NCBI RefSeq assembly: GCF_018350175.1
Contig: NC_058368.1
Span: forward strand, 182,158,001 to 182,222,000
Length of the DNA: 64,000 bases
Source: Felis catus
Taxonomy: Eukaryota
Direction of reading: 5' to 3'
This document shows positions 63,466 through 64,000 of the stretch, piece after piece; within the stretch, counting starts at the first letter, position 1, and the number at the start of each line of letters is the position of its first letter. A program made the position numbers and the translations under genes. Below the pieces are notes generated by a model that searched no databases, was not told the DNA's origin, and worked only from the letters and a program-made list of their open reading frames with translations.

Positions 63466-64000
63466 ACTAGCTGTGCCATTAAATAATTGGGATTTCCTAA
63501 GGTCAATGTTCTTCAGAATGACATAGCTCTACTGTGAGTGTGGCATCTACTTGGGGCCATCATGCCATTGCCCTCTGGGACTTGAAGGTCAAGAGGGACT
63601 AATGCAAACAAAGTTATACTTCTTGTAGTGCTATGAGTAATAAAACCATGTGTCTCTAATCCAGAAGTCTCATGTTTCTGCTAGCATCTATGAAACTGTG
63701 GCAAGCTACCTTGTTAATCCGAAAGTAAGGTAAAATCTCAGATCCTTTACAGTTATTGACAGGATTATCTTGTAAACATGCAATCGACTTACACCATGTG
63801 TGACTCACACTTTATGGATAATCTAAACATAATATGCAAATACTGATTAAAAATACATGGTGAAGTCCACATACCCAACCTTCATGATAATGATTGTAAT
63901 AGATCAGTAAGATCTGCTGTTCATCCTCATCATCCATGGTCACCATTTTTGACATTTATAAATCATAAAGTTTTCTTACATGCTTTCTATATTTTGTAAA

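Larger units (their letters stand above)
62760..63761 (+). mobile_element. ERV1 solo LTR (MER31/MER67-like) interrupted by two SINEs
   Basis: agatagagatagtgtctccctctggggcaaaggg repeat units; 3' end tgaaactgtggcaagcta..ggtaaaatctcagatcctttacagttattgaca. 5' boundary approximate. Confidence 0.7.

Noticed and set aside
63820..63960. Minus-strand short frame MSKMVTMDDEDEQQILLIYY.. with a possible GT donor
   Set aside because: Under 50 codons, no recognisable homology, no clear acceptor or promoter; insufficient for an exon call.
1..64000. CRISPR arrays, operons, prokaryotic defence systems, rRNA
   Set aside because: The sequence is mammalian repeat-rich DNA; no regularly spaced repeat-spacer array or dense coding structure is present.

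Overview
AT-rich mammalian genomic DNA, almost certainly from a felid: it carries many tRNA-derived Can-SINEs of the cat type and a young L1 3' fragment. I cannot support any host protein-coding exon, so the window looks intergenic or deep intronic. About half of it is recognisable repeat: about 25 Can-SINEs, young and ancient L1 pieces, MaLR/ERVL/ERV1 solo LTRs, MER20/MER58 hAT relics, MIR/L2 and microsatellites. The centrepiece is a 7.2-kb class I endogenous provirus at 23034-30245, with two ~305-bp LTRs, a 4-bp TTTT target-site duplication (TSD) and a tRNA-Pro primer binding site. It is a mosaic. In order it has a long AT-rich leader, a decayed pre-gag ORF, and HERV-W/ERV9-type gag-pro with a heavily deleted pol. 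A first env TM remnant with an ASLV-like immunosuppressive domain and CX6CC follows, with its own polypurine tract (PPT) and an LTR stub. The 3' part has a HERV-E/ERV3-type integrase C-terminus, a small double-hydrophobic ORF, and a second, ERV3/HERV-E-type env. The coding remnants show pervasive G>A changes (Trp to stop, E>K, D>N, G>R/K) that suggest APOBEC3 hypermutation. Repeat family names come from recalled consensus sequences, not database searches, and boundaries of old elements are approximate.
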